Source: Octopus bimaculoides
Lineage: Eukaryota
Direction: 5' to 3'
Length of the DNA stretch: 64,000 bases
Assembly (NCBI RefSeq): GCF_001194135.2
Contig: NC_068982.1
Location: 98,789,159-98,853,158, forward strand
The notes beneath the pieces were generated by a model that was not told the origin of the DNA, searched no databases, and saw only the letters and a list, made by a program, of their open reading frames with translations. Every line of letters starts with the position of its first letter. Position 1 is the first letter of the stretch. A program made the translations under genes and the position numbers. Positions 13,070 through 27,169 of this stretch are shown one piece after another.

Positions 13070-16000
13070 TATATATATACACNNNNNNNNNNNNNNNNNN
13101 NNNNNNNNNNNNNNNNNNNNNNNNNNNNNNNNNNNNNNNNNNNNNNNNNNNNNNNNNNNNNNNNNNNNNNNNNNNNNNNNNNNNNNNNNNNNNNNNNNNN
13201 NNNNNNNNNNNNNNNNNNNNNNNNNNNNNNNNNNNNNNNNNNNNNNNNNNNNNNNNNNNNNNNNNNNNNNNNNNNNNNNNNNNNNNNNNNNNNNNNNNNN
13301 NNNNNNNNNNNNNNNNNNNNNNNNNNNNNNNNNNNNNNNNNNNNATACACATACCCATATACATACATCCACATATCCATATATATGTGTGCATGTATAC
13401 ATATATATATGTGTACACACACACACATACACATATATACACATACACACATATACACATACATATACACACACAAACACACATATATATATGTATGCAT
13501 GTGCATGTGTATGTTTGTGTGTCTGTGTTTGTCCCCTCAACATCACTTGACAACCGATGCTGGTGTTTTTTAAGTCACCGTAACTTAGCAGTTCGGCAAA
13601 AGAGACCGATAGAATAAGTACTAGGCTTACAAAGAATAAGTCCTGGGGGACAATTTGCTCAACTAAAGGCGGTGCTCCAGCATGGCCACAGTCAAATGAC
13701 TGAAACAAGTAAAAGAGTAAACTATGTTAGACATTAAATCAGAATCCAGCTTGCATTGCATTCCATTAACACGACTACAAATAATAATAATAATAATGGT
13801 GGTTTTAAATTCTGGAACAAGGCCAACAATTTTAGGGGAGGGAGTAAGCTGATTGCATCAATTTACCCCCACCCCCAATACTCAACTGGAACTTATTTTA
13901 AGACCCTACCCACAAAAGGGAAAAGATAAAGTCATCCTAGGCAGAATTTGAACTCAGAATGAAAAGAGCCAGAAGAAATGCTGCTAAGCATTTTGCCCAA
14001 CATTAACAATTCTGCTCGCTCACTGCTTTTATTACTTTCTTATTTTGGCACCACAAGACCAGCTATTTTAGGAGAGGGATAAGTCAATTACATAAATCCC
14101 AGTGCTCAACTGGTACTTATTTTAGCAACCCTGAAAGGATGAAAGGCAAAATCAACCTGGTAGAATTTGAACTCAGAACATCAAGACAGGCAAAATGCTG
14201 GTAAGCAGTTTGTCCAGTGCACTAAAGATTCTGCCAGCTCACTGCCTTAACAATAATAATAATAATAATTCTTTCTACTTAGGCACAAGTCCTGAAATTT
14301 TGTGAAGCTGGGACTAGTTGCTCACATCAACCCCAGTTCTTAACTGGTACTTATTTTATCAACCCAGGTCTGAAATGATGGAAGGTAAAATTGGCCTTAG
14401 CAGAATCGGAATTCAGAACATAAGAGACAGAATAAATGCCAGTAAGCATTTTCTCTGGCATGCTAATGATTCGGCCAGCTCACTGCTTTAAAAACAAGAA
14501 ACCTAATACCATACTTTGATGTTTGCCCAGTTGTAGCCTCCCACACATATCTTTCTAATCTACAAGTACCAATTAATTTCTATTGAGTTATTTAAGAGAG
14601 ACTACAGATTCCCCAGTCACTTGTTGAATTACTTGATTTATTTATTTGGTAAAATAACAAATTGAAATAATATAAGTTGAATAGGTATTTACTGATGAGA
14701 ATTATATTGAGATTTCCCAAATGTGCTATTATACTAATTACATTGATTGGAATGGTACACCTCACAATTAGATCATAGATTGGAGTCTGTAGTGATGAAT
14801 TAATATGCATCCATTATATAATCAGCAACATAAATAATCTAGAAGAAAAAATACTACTCACTGAGTTTTTTCTTCACCCTCATCCATCACTTTTTCATAA
14901 GCAATGAGTTTCTCAATTTCTTTCATAGTATTGTAAATCCCAGAGGCATGTTCTCTGAAAGGTTTAAAATGTACAACATACAGATACAAAGAATGCCAAT
15001 GCATTATACCATACAAATACACAACAAAAATCAAATAAATTCCATTATAAAAATATGGTTTCCTACAAAATATGTTGTGGCAGTTCTGACTCTTCAACAT
15101 CATCATGTTCTTCAGTCCTGCAGTAAAATAAAAAGAAAATATGTAAGACTTCATTAAAGACCAAGATACATTATTATTATCATCATCATTATTATTATTA
15201 TTATTATTATATTATCATTCCTTAAAGGCTGAAAGCTTTGCATATGGCACAAAACACAGTCTGAAGCTGTGTAGGTAGATGAATGGCAGCATAACATCAC
15301 CATCACTAGTGATCACTCCAAACACCATGATGTTGACTGGATGTTTGATTTTTATCACTCTCAGTACATGTTTTGGGGACACGACAAGCCAACAGTTGTT
15401 CTGTGTGTTCGCCATCTGATCCTGACAGAAAATTTTCTTGTCTGAGAAAAACCAAAGCATTTTCAGTTGGAGGGCATGCTTGAGTTTGTTCAAAAGCTTC
15501 GTAGCACGGTCTTTCCTCTTGTCCTAGAATGGCTTGGGATAAGAATTGGCACTTTCTCATCTAGCATGAGGAATACTGAATCTCTTCATGCACTACCTGC
15601 CTGATAAGAAATGCACACACTCCCATGTCCCTGGTGATAGACCTGACTGACTTGGAGAGATTGTTGTCAATCATGGCCTGAATCTCACCAACAAATTCAG
15701 GAGTTCTTTTCTTATCAGAACAATCAGAGTGAGTTTTCCGAGCTGCCATACCTTCATAATCACCATTAGATTCATCCAACTCTTTCCAAATCCTGTGCAC
15801 TGTCCTCAAATTGACACCCAAACACTCTGAAATATTTGTATTGGAGCTTCTGATGCGAATGCCAGGCAGTATATAGCATGTCGTTTCCAAATTTCTGGCA
15901 AAATGCATTGTGTCGTGGTACTGTGTTTCTCACAGACGGTGCCAAACTGACCCTACTATACTGTGTAGTTGACAAAATCGAAAACAAACAATGTACATGC

Positions 16001-16917
16001 ACAAAATAAAAAATATAAAATGGCGACAATCTACCCCATTTACAAGGTTGGGAGGGGACACACAATTTTGAGGTCTTTAGCTAAGGGAGGGGACACACAA
16101 TTTTGAGGTCTTTAGCTAAGGGAGGCAACTCTGCCTGAAACACACTTCTGTGTGTTTTGTTGTGGTGAAGAAAATACTTTTTCTCACAATATTTTCCACA
16201 ATAATTTTTAAAGAAATCTGGACATCTTTCTTACTGCTAACCATTCAACTTCAAATTACAGTTGTTAATTGTTAGAAGTCAAGTAGACTGAGATGTACAT
16301 ATAGTGTCATTGTATAGAATGAAAATTCAATACAAAGTTTTGAACTCATCTCGTGGTTAGTAATCCATTACCTTAAATTTGAAGCCATTAGGTCTTTAAA
16401 CATTATTTTACTGGGTTTAGTCTTTCGACTGTCACCATGATGGGGTATCAACTTCAAAAATTTAATTGATCATACTGACCTCAGTACATATTTCAACCTA
16501 GCATTTATTTTATAGATCTCTGCTTGATAAACTGCTAACTTTGAGGCATAGTGGGACACAATACTCGATTTAATAACAAATGTAAAAACACACACAAACA
16601 CACACACACATTAGGTGCAGGAATGACTATGTGATTGAGAAGTTTGCTTCCCAACCACATGGTTCCAAATTCAGTGCTTCTGCATGGTACCTTGGGCAAG
16701 TGTTTTCTACTATAGCCTTAGGTCAACCACAGATTTGTGACTGAATTTTGTAGACTGAAACTACATTATTGTTCATCAGAAAATGACCAATAAACATGTT
16801 TATAAAGATGAGTCATTTGCTTCATATTCCTCGTGTGCCGATTCTGCCCATAAGAAAGGAACAAATAATACATTGTGGCTGAAGGTCATAACACCTGGGC
16901 AACACCAGGGTGTAATG

Positions 16918-16970
<53 letters not shown>

Positions 16971-18504
16971 ATGCAAATACATATACACATACATGTAACT
17001 TAATTGGTTCCTGATAGCAACTCAAGTTTCATATTCAATGAAGACATTTGATTACATTTAGGATAAAAACCAAAGCCTGATCCTCTATTCATCAAATATC
17101 TCTGCTTGAACATGAAACTCAGAGTATATCAAAAACATTCATACACTCTGAAATGAATTAAGACAACAAATTTCAATGTAAACACTAAACATGTAAACTT
17201 CATGACTCAAACTGTTTTATTCGACACACATATACAATACCGTCTCATTAGCTGACTATTTGACTAAAAGAAGCCATTGCAAGCTATTAGAAAAAATACA
17301 GTATACAAAATAAAATTAACCAGAAGATATACGAGTTAAATAGACAAGAAGAAAAAAAAATAAAATAAAATGCCACTGGATCGATAGATACATAATCATA
17401 TGCATACTTACACACAGGCACGCGCACATGCGTATATGCAGAGAGAACTGTAATAGTTTGTTCTGGTTAATGGAGGAGGTGAAGTTAATTTTTCTAAATA
17501 AGGAGTTGGCTGCGATCAACTTATTTTTGTGAAATGAAATATAAAACTAAAATAATGCATGTATGTACCTTACTGTAAGTAATTGTCATCACTGCAACCC
17601 TAACACTACTATGTCCATCAACAACAAATATACAACACCACCACCTCCACCACTATTTACACTTCTCATATCGTTTATTTTTCCCAGCAAAGATAAGAAA
17701 TAACAAATATAAGACCAAGTGAAATCTATCATGGTTTAAAAACAATAAAAAAAAATTTAATTTACTGATCTAGATATTTTATTTTTCTAAAAAATATGGT
17801 TTAATTATCTATTTTAAATGGTCAACAGGCTTCCTTAGCAAAAAGGGTTAGCAAATAATCTGGATCTATATCCTACCACCATTTCAAAGAGACAATCATT
17901 GAGACACTTGACTCAGGCTGACCTATTTATCTAGATGGTACACAGATGTTATGGATTATTATCGCTGTTAATAATAGGTATAGGAAGTAATTGAAAACTA
18001 TTTTATTGGTTCAGTATTGCCTACATAACTGGAAAATTACTCGTGTTTTCCCAAAATAATCCTGTAGATGCTTTTTTATTTGCAGGTTCTCTGGAGTTAT
18101 CTTTCACTTGATCATCTCAACCATATTTATTAGCATTGGAGAGATGGAAGACAGATTTTACACTGGCAGAATTAATATGAGAGAGAGTTAAGCAATGTAA
18201 AGTGTAGGTGTCTGATTGCTGTGCTGCTATCACTGAAACATAATCATAAAACTATACCTCGAAAATGGATGTTAAATGAACATGATATATATATATATAT
18301 ATATATATATGGGAGAATATACAAAAAATAACAACAGACGAGGACAGGTGGTGTAAATAACAAAAGTATATATTAGTATGACGCTCGGGAATACGGAAAG
18401 TCTTTGACGTTTCGAGCTACGCTCTTCAACAGAAAGAATACGGAGACAAGGAGAAAAACACGGAGAAAAAAAAATTGAATAGTGTTCAGTCAACGGTCAA
18501 TCAT

Positions 18505-18535
<31 letters not shown>

Positions 18536-18954
18536 GGTGTTTTTTATGTGCCACCTGCACAGGAGCCAGTCCAGCAGCACTGGCAACGACCTCGCTCGAA
18601 TGCTTTTTTCATGTGCCACCAGCACAAGTGCCATTAAGGCGATGCTGGTAACGATCACACTCAAATGGTGCTATTTATGTGCCACTGGCATGGAAGCCAG
18701 ATAGCTACTCTGGCAATGATCATGCTCGGATGGTGCTTTCAGCGCTCCAGTGGCACAGGTGCCAACACACAAACATATATACATATTTACCTATTTACCT
18801 CTATGAACATACATACGTGTGTGTCTGTGTGTGCGTGTGTGTATATGTGCGCACAAACGCAGGGAAAGCATTATAAATGTAATGGTGAAACAGAAGAGCT
18901 GAAGTAGAAACAATGTGCAAAAGTAGAAATGAACAAGCCATCAATAATATTGAT

Positions 18955-18999
<45 letters not shown>

Positions 19000-21900
19000 N
19001 NNNNNNNNNNNNNNNNNNNNNNNNNNNNNNNNNNNNNNNNNNNNNNNNNNNNNNNNNNNNNNNNNNNNNNNNNNNNNNNNNNNNNNNNNNNNNNNNNNNT
19101 ATATATATATATATCTTAGTCTATGACTCAACTTCTCATCAGTTTCCCACTCCTAGTATCACTTTCCTTTCTTGCTGTCCAGAATCATACTCTTTTGGAA
19201 ATCCCCACCTGCTACTAGCCACTTCGTACCTTGAGGTACCACCTGGACACTTCATCACCACATTTTATCTCTCTGGAAACACCAGCAGTTCATTTTCACT
19301 TTGTTAAATGCAAGTAGCCATGTTGCTTCTCAACATGAACCTGCGCTATCCTAACCTCTTCTCTCACACATTAACCACTATGTGACATAAGGACATGCTC
19401 CCTGCCCCCTTCCTCGGGTTTTGTAGATTCACAAGCTGTATGATGACCTCAACAGACGCAGTGGTACAAAACGAGCACCCAGTACTCAATATCAGGTGGT
19501 TGGCATTAGGAAGGGCATGCAACCATAGAAACCATGCCAAAGCAGACACTGGAGCATGATGCAGAACTCTGAACCATTGGATCCTTGTCAGGCTACTCAA
19601 CCCATGCCAGCAAGAAACATGGATGTTAAATGATGGTGATGATGATTATAAATGTGTATGTATGTGTATATATATATATATATATATACACACACAAACA
19701 CAAACACAAACAAACACACAGTCATATATATAAAGAGTGTTCAGGCTAAATTTGATGATTTTTTTTTTATGTCTCTATTTATTAGGAACAGCTTGATGAA
19801 CAGTCAATGACATTGGAAAGCATAAAGATTAAAGTTGTAGTTGAGAAAAAGTTAGCTAACATGGAGGACAGGAAGCCGTCTGAATATTGGAAAAATGTTA
19901 CTTGCATCATAATGATTCGTACCGGTTATCAAAATGCTGACATCTGCTTAAGGCCATGTCAGCATTTTGCTGCTCAATGATTTGTGACACTGTAAAGGCT
20001 AGGAGATATAATATGGACAGTTGCATATGGACTATGAAGCTGTGACCAACAAGAAGGGACACAACAGGCGTCTGCACACCAGAATTCATCCAACAACTGC
20101 ACAACAAGGTGATGGAAGATTCAAGAAAGGGAATCCAGGTTTTGGTGAAAGAGATGAGTGTTGGAGTCACCACAAAGATAGGCCTGAATGAGGACCTTCA
20201 CTACTATCCATACAAGAGGTAAAAGGGACAAATTCCAATAGCCAAAGCCAAGGAGAACCACTTGACAAATGCGAAGAAGTTTCTAAATAGGTTCAGGCAT
20301 CCTGGTGTAGCCATCTGGTTTCACCAGTCCTCAGTCAAATCGTCCAACCCATGCTAGCATGGAAAGCGGACGTTAAACGACGACGATGATGATGATCCTG
20401 TTGGGCCAGGGATGATCTGATGCTTCTCAGATCAAATGAACTTATGGCTAGACCAATTGCACAACACCCAGAACAATAGGTGACTCGCCTACAATTCATG
20501 TGATGTCCCACATATGAAACCAAGTTCCCCAAACTGTGACCACCTTTGGGTGTGTCTCCAGTGTTGGTAACACCATGCCACCCAACAACTTTGAACAAGG
20601 CTTCAGATGGCTATGTGAAGCTGCTGCAGACTATGGTCAAACCCTTGCTGAAGAGGGTTGCTGCTGGAAGGCCATATGCATGGCAGCAGAATTCAGTCCT
20701 TTGCCATACCTCTGGAAAGAGTCAAAAGTGGGTGTTGGAGAATTTTACCAGCCCTAATTTCTGACTTTCTAAATCCCTCAATTGTAATCCCATGGATTAC
20801 TACATTTGGAATGTGGTTAAGGAAGACACCAACCACCCTAACTGCAATGCCAAGGTCAAGCTGATAGGCAAGATCAAGGAGGAATTTGAAGATCTTCCCA
20901 GGGACACAGGTAGGAATGCATGTGCCAGGTTCTGGAGTCATCTTGAGGGTGTGACGGAAGCTGAGGGTAACTACTTTGAGTAAACTGTTATCTGAGCCTT
21001 AATCTAGTTGATATCTTTTTAGATACTTTTACTTTGGATAGGGTATTGTTTTTCTTTTCCTTTTATGCAAATTGGTAAATTTAGCCTGATATATATATGT
21101 TTTTATATTATTAATAAAATTAATAAAATTATTAATAATATTCACAGGAAATCAATATTCAAATTTCCGAAAGATATATGTTTAATATGACACAGTAATC
21201 ATTTTGAATTATAATTAAATTAAAATTAAAGATATACAAAATATAAATATATATAAAAAATATAAAAATACATGCGTATATAAATGTTTATAAAAATGTA
21301 TGCGTAATTGAGTATAAATATAGTTCTATTAAAATATTATGAAAGTCTAAAGTTTAAAATGCATCTAACGATTGTTTCACGAATATTATTGCCTTTATAA
21401 TATAATCTAATATAGATAAGCATATTGGCAATAATTCCACTCTTTAGAGATGTATAGAGTTATTATATATGTGTGAAAAACGAATGGTATATATAATAAG
21501 ATGATATTAATTAAAATATTAAAAAATATTAAAAATATTAAAATGTATACTGTCCTTTGAGTCTTTATAAATGTAATCCCTCCTATAATTTGGAAAATTA
21601 ATATTTTTCATTTGTAGAAATTTTAAATGATATATAGTTTTTTTTTAAATTGTTATGTTTTTCAGAATATTTGAGAATTCCAGTATATAATTATAGTAAA
21701 GTTCATCTTGTTGGATATATTGGTAATCCTATGTATGTATGTATGTATGTATGTAGCACAATGCAATGATGGGGAATAAACAAACTTGAGGTTAGTTCAA
21801 ATATGCTTGTGATATATTTTAACTCCTACAGGCAATTTCACTGCAGTTAACCAAAAAGGTGTAGATACACCTTTGTCAGCACAATGGCACTCTTTTTTGG

Positions 21901-22406
21901 ACTTTTAGACACTGAGAAAGGCGTAACAAGTCAGAAATGCATCTAGGTGTCAAAAAGAGAGTGCCACTGAGCTGATAATGGTGTATTTACACCTTACCAG
22001 AAGTGAAAATTTTCTTCTCCACAGTTAACTATAGTGAAGTTGCATTTAGAAGTTAAAATATGTGACATATTTGAATTAACCTATTTATATATATACACTC
22101 GTATTTTGATTTCTATTTTCCTGTTTGTATCACCAAACCTATATATATCAGCATCATGATCAGTCATTTAATGACCACCTTCCAGGCTGTTGAATAATTT
22201 GACAGGAGCTCATAAGTCAGAAGACTGCACCAAGCACTGACATCTCACTTATAGTGAGATTTCATGTTCTCAATCATTAGAGACAGTCTGATGATTGGAA
22301 ACATGAAATTCAAATAACTACAAATGAAAATGCCAGCTGCAAGAACCATAAATAACTCTTGCTTCTCAGTATGGAGTACTGTTTGCAACTTCTTGCCTGT
22401 AGCTAT

Positions 22407-22443
<37 letters not shown>

Positions 22444-25400
22444 AAGTATTGTAGACTCACTTTTCGATAATCTCACTTACTAACTAGTGATATATATACA
22501 TGGTCTACAGCTAGTAGTTTTCTTAGTTAAATATTTTCTATTAAACTTAGTCAACAATATCTACTTCAACTTTTCTATGCCATAGTTAATCAGCCAACCA
22601 TGACATACCACAGCTTTGACATATTTTCTTCATTGCTTAGTTAGAGAAAGGACAGCACTTATGACTGTTCCAAGTAAACCTGTATACAGAGACATAACTT
22701 TGACCATCACATCACTTATAAAGACAGAGTGTCTAGAACTATGTTATTTAATGTCTTCCCTTTTTTCTTTTACTTAGCACCAGCAGAGGTGCTTTTAATG
22801 TGGTACCAGCATGGGAGCACCTGTAAGCTTGCAAGACAAGGACCTCTTAACTGTGAGAGGGAGTAGAACTGAGAGATTAGAGTATGATAAAGGGATTTTG
22901 TGACTTTAGAGAAATTTGACCACTATAAATAGCAGAACAAGCCATCAAACAGAGCCCTTTTTCTTTGTTACTTCCACACATTCAATTCACTTAACTAATG
23001 TCCTTAAACTCCCTTTTTTTTCTGCATAGTATAAAGGTTACAAATTATATGTAGTCTTACTAAATAGAAACCAATCATCAGTTACACAAAGATTATTTTC
23101 AGCTTGAGTAAGTTAAAAATCAAACTACAACATATGAACAGAATAAACAAAAATTTGAGAAAAAACAAACTCGATAAAAGATATCTTACCATTAGAAGGC
23201 TATATATGCAATATGTTTGTAACATGTGCATGAATGCACTTATCTGTTGAATATCAAAGCTTTAACTGCCATTATCTCATAAAATCTGGGTCACTGTAAA
23301 TGCATAAAACAAGTTTTTCTCAAGACTTAAGGCATGTTAAGTCTATGTCTCTCCTAAACTAGATGTTAATGATGGAGCACAGCATAGGCACAACCTGCTA
23401 TCAATAAAAGACACTCGAAAATTGGTTCATTTGCTATGCCTGCTATCTCAAAACATAACCCTATATCCCCTCTGTACTATTTATACTACCCACCTATTCA
23501 CTGTGGGCAGGCATTCTCTCTCTCTCTCTCTCACCCACCTTCCTCTCTTTCCTTGTCCTACTTAAGTAACCAAATATCTCCTCGATTGTAAGTGGGCTAC
23601 CTCTGTTCCTCTATCACACTCTAATCTCTCCCTCTCACAGCTGAGAGGTCCTCGTCTTGCAAGCTTATAAGTGCTAGTGCCACATAGAAAGCTCCCCTGC
23701 TGGTTCAACACTAAAAGCACCCCTGTTGGCACTAATTAAAAAGCACCTATGCTGGTGCTACATATAAAACAATTGTCCTGGTGCCATGCAAAAAGCACCC
23801 AGTACACTGTGTAAAGTAGTTGGCATTTGGAAAGGCATCCAGCTGTAGAAACCTTGCAAAAACAGGCAAATGGAGCATGATGCAGCTCTCTGGCTTGCCA
23901 ACTCCTGTCAAACTGTTCAACCCATGCCAGCATGGAAAAAGGACATTAAATGATGACAATGATGTTGATGATGATGCAGGAATCTCTAATTGTGGATGGA
24001 ACCTGTAGAAAAGGTAGATCCAGGATGACATGGGACAAAGTGGTGAGAAATGATCTTCAGATGTTGAGTCTCACAGAGGAGATGACAAGGAACCAAAAAA
24101 TATGGTGATTTGCTGTGCTGGAGAAGCTAAGTAAAATCATGTATTCAGGCACGTCCTTTACAGCCATGCTTCCCCCCCACACACACACACACTTTGTTCC
24201 CAATCAAAACTCCCCCACAACCCATCTTCCCAATACACTCTTCCCTCTACCAATGATCACTACCCACTGTAGGCCCCTCAACTCTCCCTAACATGCCAAC
24301 CTGCACACACTCTCCATGCTCTCGCATTTACCATAGCCCCCTTCCCCCAGCCACTCCAATTTCTCTCACCATCACCAGCTTTAGACACCTCTTCTTTGAC
24401 TCTAAACATTTCCCCTAACACTCTTACAAAACATCACCCTCTATCCTGTTTGTACCGCTTATCTTCACCACCACTGTACCTTGTGGTTTATCTAGTACAT
24501 CCCCAACATTTCTTTCTTTCTTTCACTCTCTCTAACTCTATCTTCCCTCTCCTTTCTTTTCCTACTGGGGTAGCAAAGTATCTCTTCTATAGTAAGATAC
24601 CTATCTCTATCCATCTAATCACTCAACCGGAACTAAGTCACCTCTCTCGCCCTTGCAAGCTACTTGGCAACCCCACTGGTACAATGTAAAAACACTATAG
24701 TAATGGCGCCACATAAAAAAAACACCCAGAACACTGTAGAGTGATTTGTGTTAGGAAGGGCATCCAACCACAGAAACCATTCCAAAGTAGACAACAGAAC
24801 CTGATGCAATCCTCTGGCAGCATGAAAAGCAGATGTTAAATGATGATTATGATTAACACAATCCATAAATATCAAAATATAATTAATGAATGTCCTTATA
24901 GGGTAATTTGTTTCTCTTTGATCATAACAAGAAAGATGAAAGTTTAGGTTGTTTCTAATAGAACTAAGGTTACAGAATTGTCAAATCCTTAGTCTCATTC
25001 ACCTATAGTGAGTTGAACTTGAATATATATCTACAAGATTAATCTTATATTTTTAAATGACAGTATACATTGTCTGTTTATAGTCTCATTTAATGGCTCA
25101 AACACAAAGATATTAGATCAAGAAGTTATAAACTCACACCATTACATTGTCACTGGTTACACAGTAAAAAAAAAATCAAAGTCCATTTCACTGTCACTTG
25201 TAGCTCTTACACTGTCACTTGTAGCTCTTACACTGTCACTTGTAGCTCTTACACTGTCACTTGTAGCTCTTAACTTCTTATTCTTAAATATTTTTCACAT
25301 CAGAAAAACTGCATCAAAATGTTTTGGTTTCTTTTTCTCTTTTATCTTTTTAGAATCAGAAAATCCTTCAGACTTTAACATTTACTAGTACAAATATGCA

Positions 25401-27128
25401 CTACGCTTGAGTACTTCTTACACATAATGGTGCTCTTGTCAGCATTAGGATATACACAAAAAGTGACCACCTGATAGGTAAGGTCATATCAAATGATACC
25501 CAACTATTTTTAGACCACTATGGAGTTAGTAATTCTCTTTTGTAATGGCCTCAATCCCTCTAAAACTGTTGACAGGCACGGTTGTATGGTTTAGAAGCTC
25601 ACTTTTCCATCAAATGGTTTCAGGTTCAGTCCAACAGCACAGAAACAAGTAAAAGATAAAAGAAACTAGAAGTACTGAGAAGCAAAGTCAGTTTTATATC
25701 ATAACAAATTTGATGAGAACCTCACTTGATCTGCAGAAATAGCAGCCACAGACTGCTTAAAAGACAAGGTGGTCATGACTAAAATGCTTTTGCCCAAAAT
25801 TCTACATAATCAGAGATCACCTGGTACTAAACTACAATAAATTTGGTTAGAAAGCAATTTCCAAAAATCTGACAAGAATTCATTCACCTGACCTCACTCA
25901 TTCTACAATGTCACTAATAAAAAACAATTTTGAAAAGACAAATTTCTATTATAAACTAAAAAGTTATCTAGCTCATCCAATCTGGATAAGAATGTGATTT
26001 CTGAAAACCCAGCATCAATGAAGAAACATTTCCAAGCCAACTATAATTACAAGTTACTATTCATACACAAACCTCTCATCACATCACTTGGCACAAAGCT
26101 ACCTCCCTCAATACTCCTCTCCCCCACCACCATTCAGTTAAGGAATGTTGTCTTACAGGTTACCTGGTGACCTTACTGCTGCTGGAGCCAAGTAAAAAGT
26201 ACTCCTGTAAAGCGGTTGGCATTAGGAAGGGTGTCCAGCCATAGAAATCATGCCAAAGCAGACAGTAGAGTTTGGTACAGTCTTCTGATTTGAAAAGATG
26301 ATGATGATCTATTACAAACACACACATACATATAAATACATATATACACACACACAATGAACTTCTTTCAGCTTCAGTCTATCAAATTCACTCTCAATGT
26401 TTTGGCTAGTTCAGAGCTATCAAGAAGACAGTTGCCCAGGGTATCACACAGTGGGACTAAACACAAAACTGCATGGCTGGGAAACGAATTTTTTAATCAC
26501 ACAAACCTGTATATGATTTATTGTTGCTATGTCTTACATCTATACTTTCTCTAGATTTATGAAAGAGAAAAAACAAAATTTCACATTCAAAAGGGTACAT
26601 AAAATTATTTCACTGGGAAATTCAAAATGAATGTAGTAATTTTAATGTGGAAATACTATCACACCTTGGCCTGTACCACTCATATATTACCTGTATAGAA
26701 ACACACTGCTCTGATAAGCTTCACACTGTGACCTACTATATTACAACTCTGTGCCCAGAAACTTAAACTGACAGGTAAACAATAAACAGATAAGAAAATC
26801 AAATCCATATGTGAAGCAGGAATTAATAGTTTTCTACATGGAGTGATTTACACTTGCAGCTAAATAATAAAATACAATACAGACACAATTTAATAGTCCT
26901 GCATAATACATTTAGTAACTATCTCACTAGAGTTTAATTCAACAACCATTGTACACAGTTCATTTAGTAATCACTTCACTGTAATCGTTCTTACATAGTA
27001 CATTTAATCAGCACTTCATCATTGCATTACCCACTCTCCCCAATCCCCAATTCACTTCACGATATACACCTCCTTGTAACTTGGGGATATGGCCCCTTCT
27101 CTCTCCTCATTATATCTTACACTGTCTT

Positions 27129-27169
<41 letters not shown>

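Noticed and set aside
12785-13708. Long ORFs of 180-307 aa around 12.8-13.7 kb, and similar ones at 18.9, 46.7 and 55.6 kb
   Set aside because: They are made of microsatellite translations ([12 protein letters not shown]) and N runs; they are not genes.
14858-15154. 98-aa ORF as a stand-alone membrane-protein gene
   Set aside because: Its 3' third is PDXDC1 exon 4 and the rest is intron 3, exon 3 in another frame and intron 2. Only the alternative-acceptor possibility was kept.
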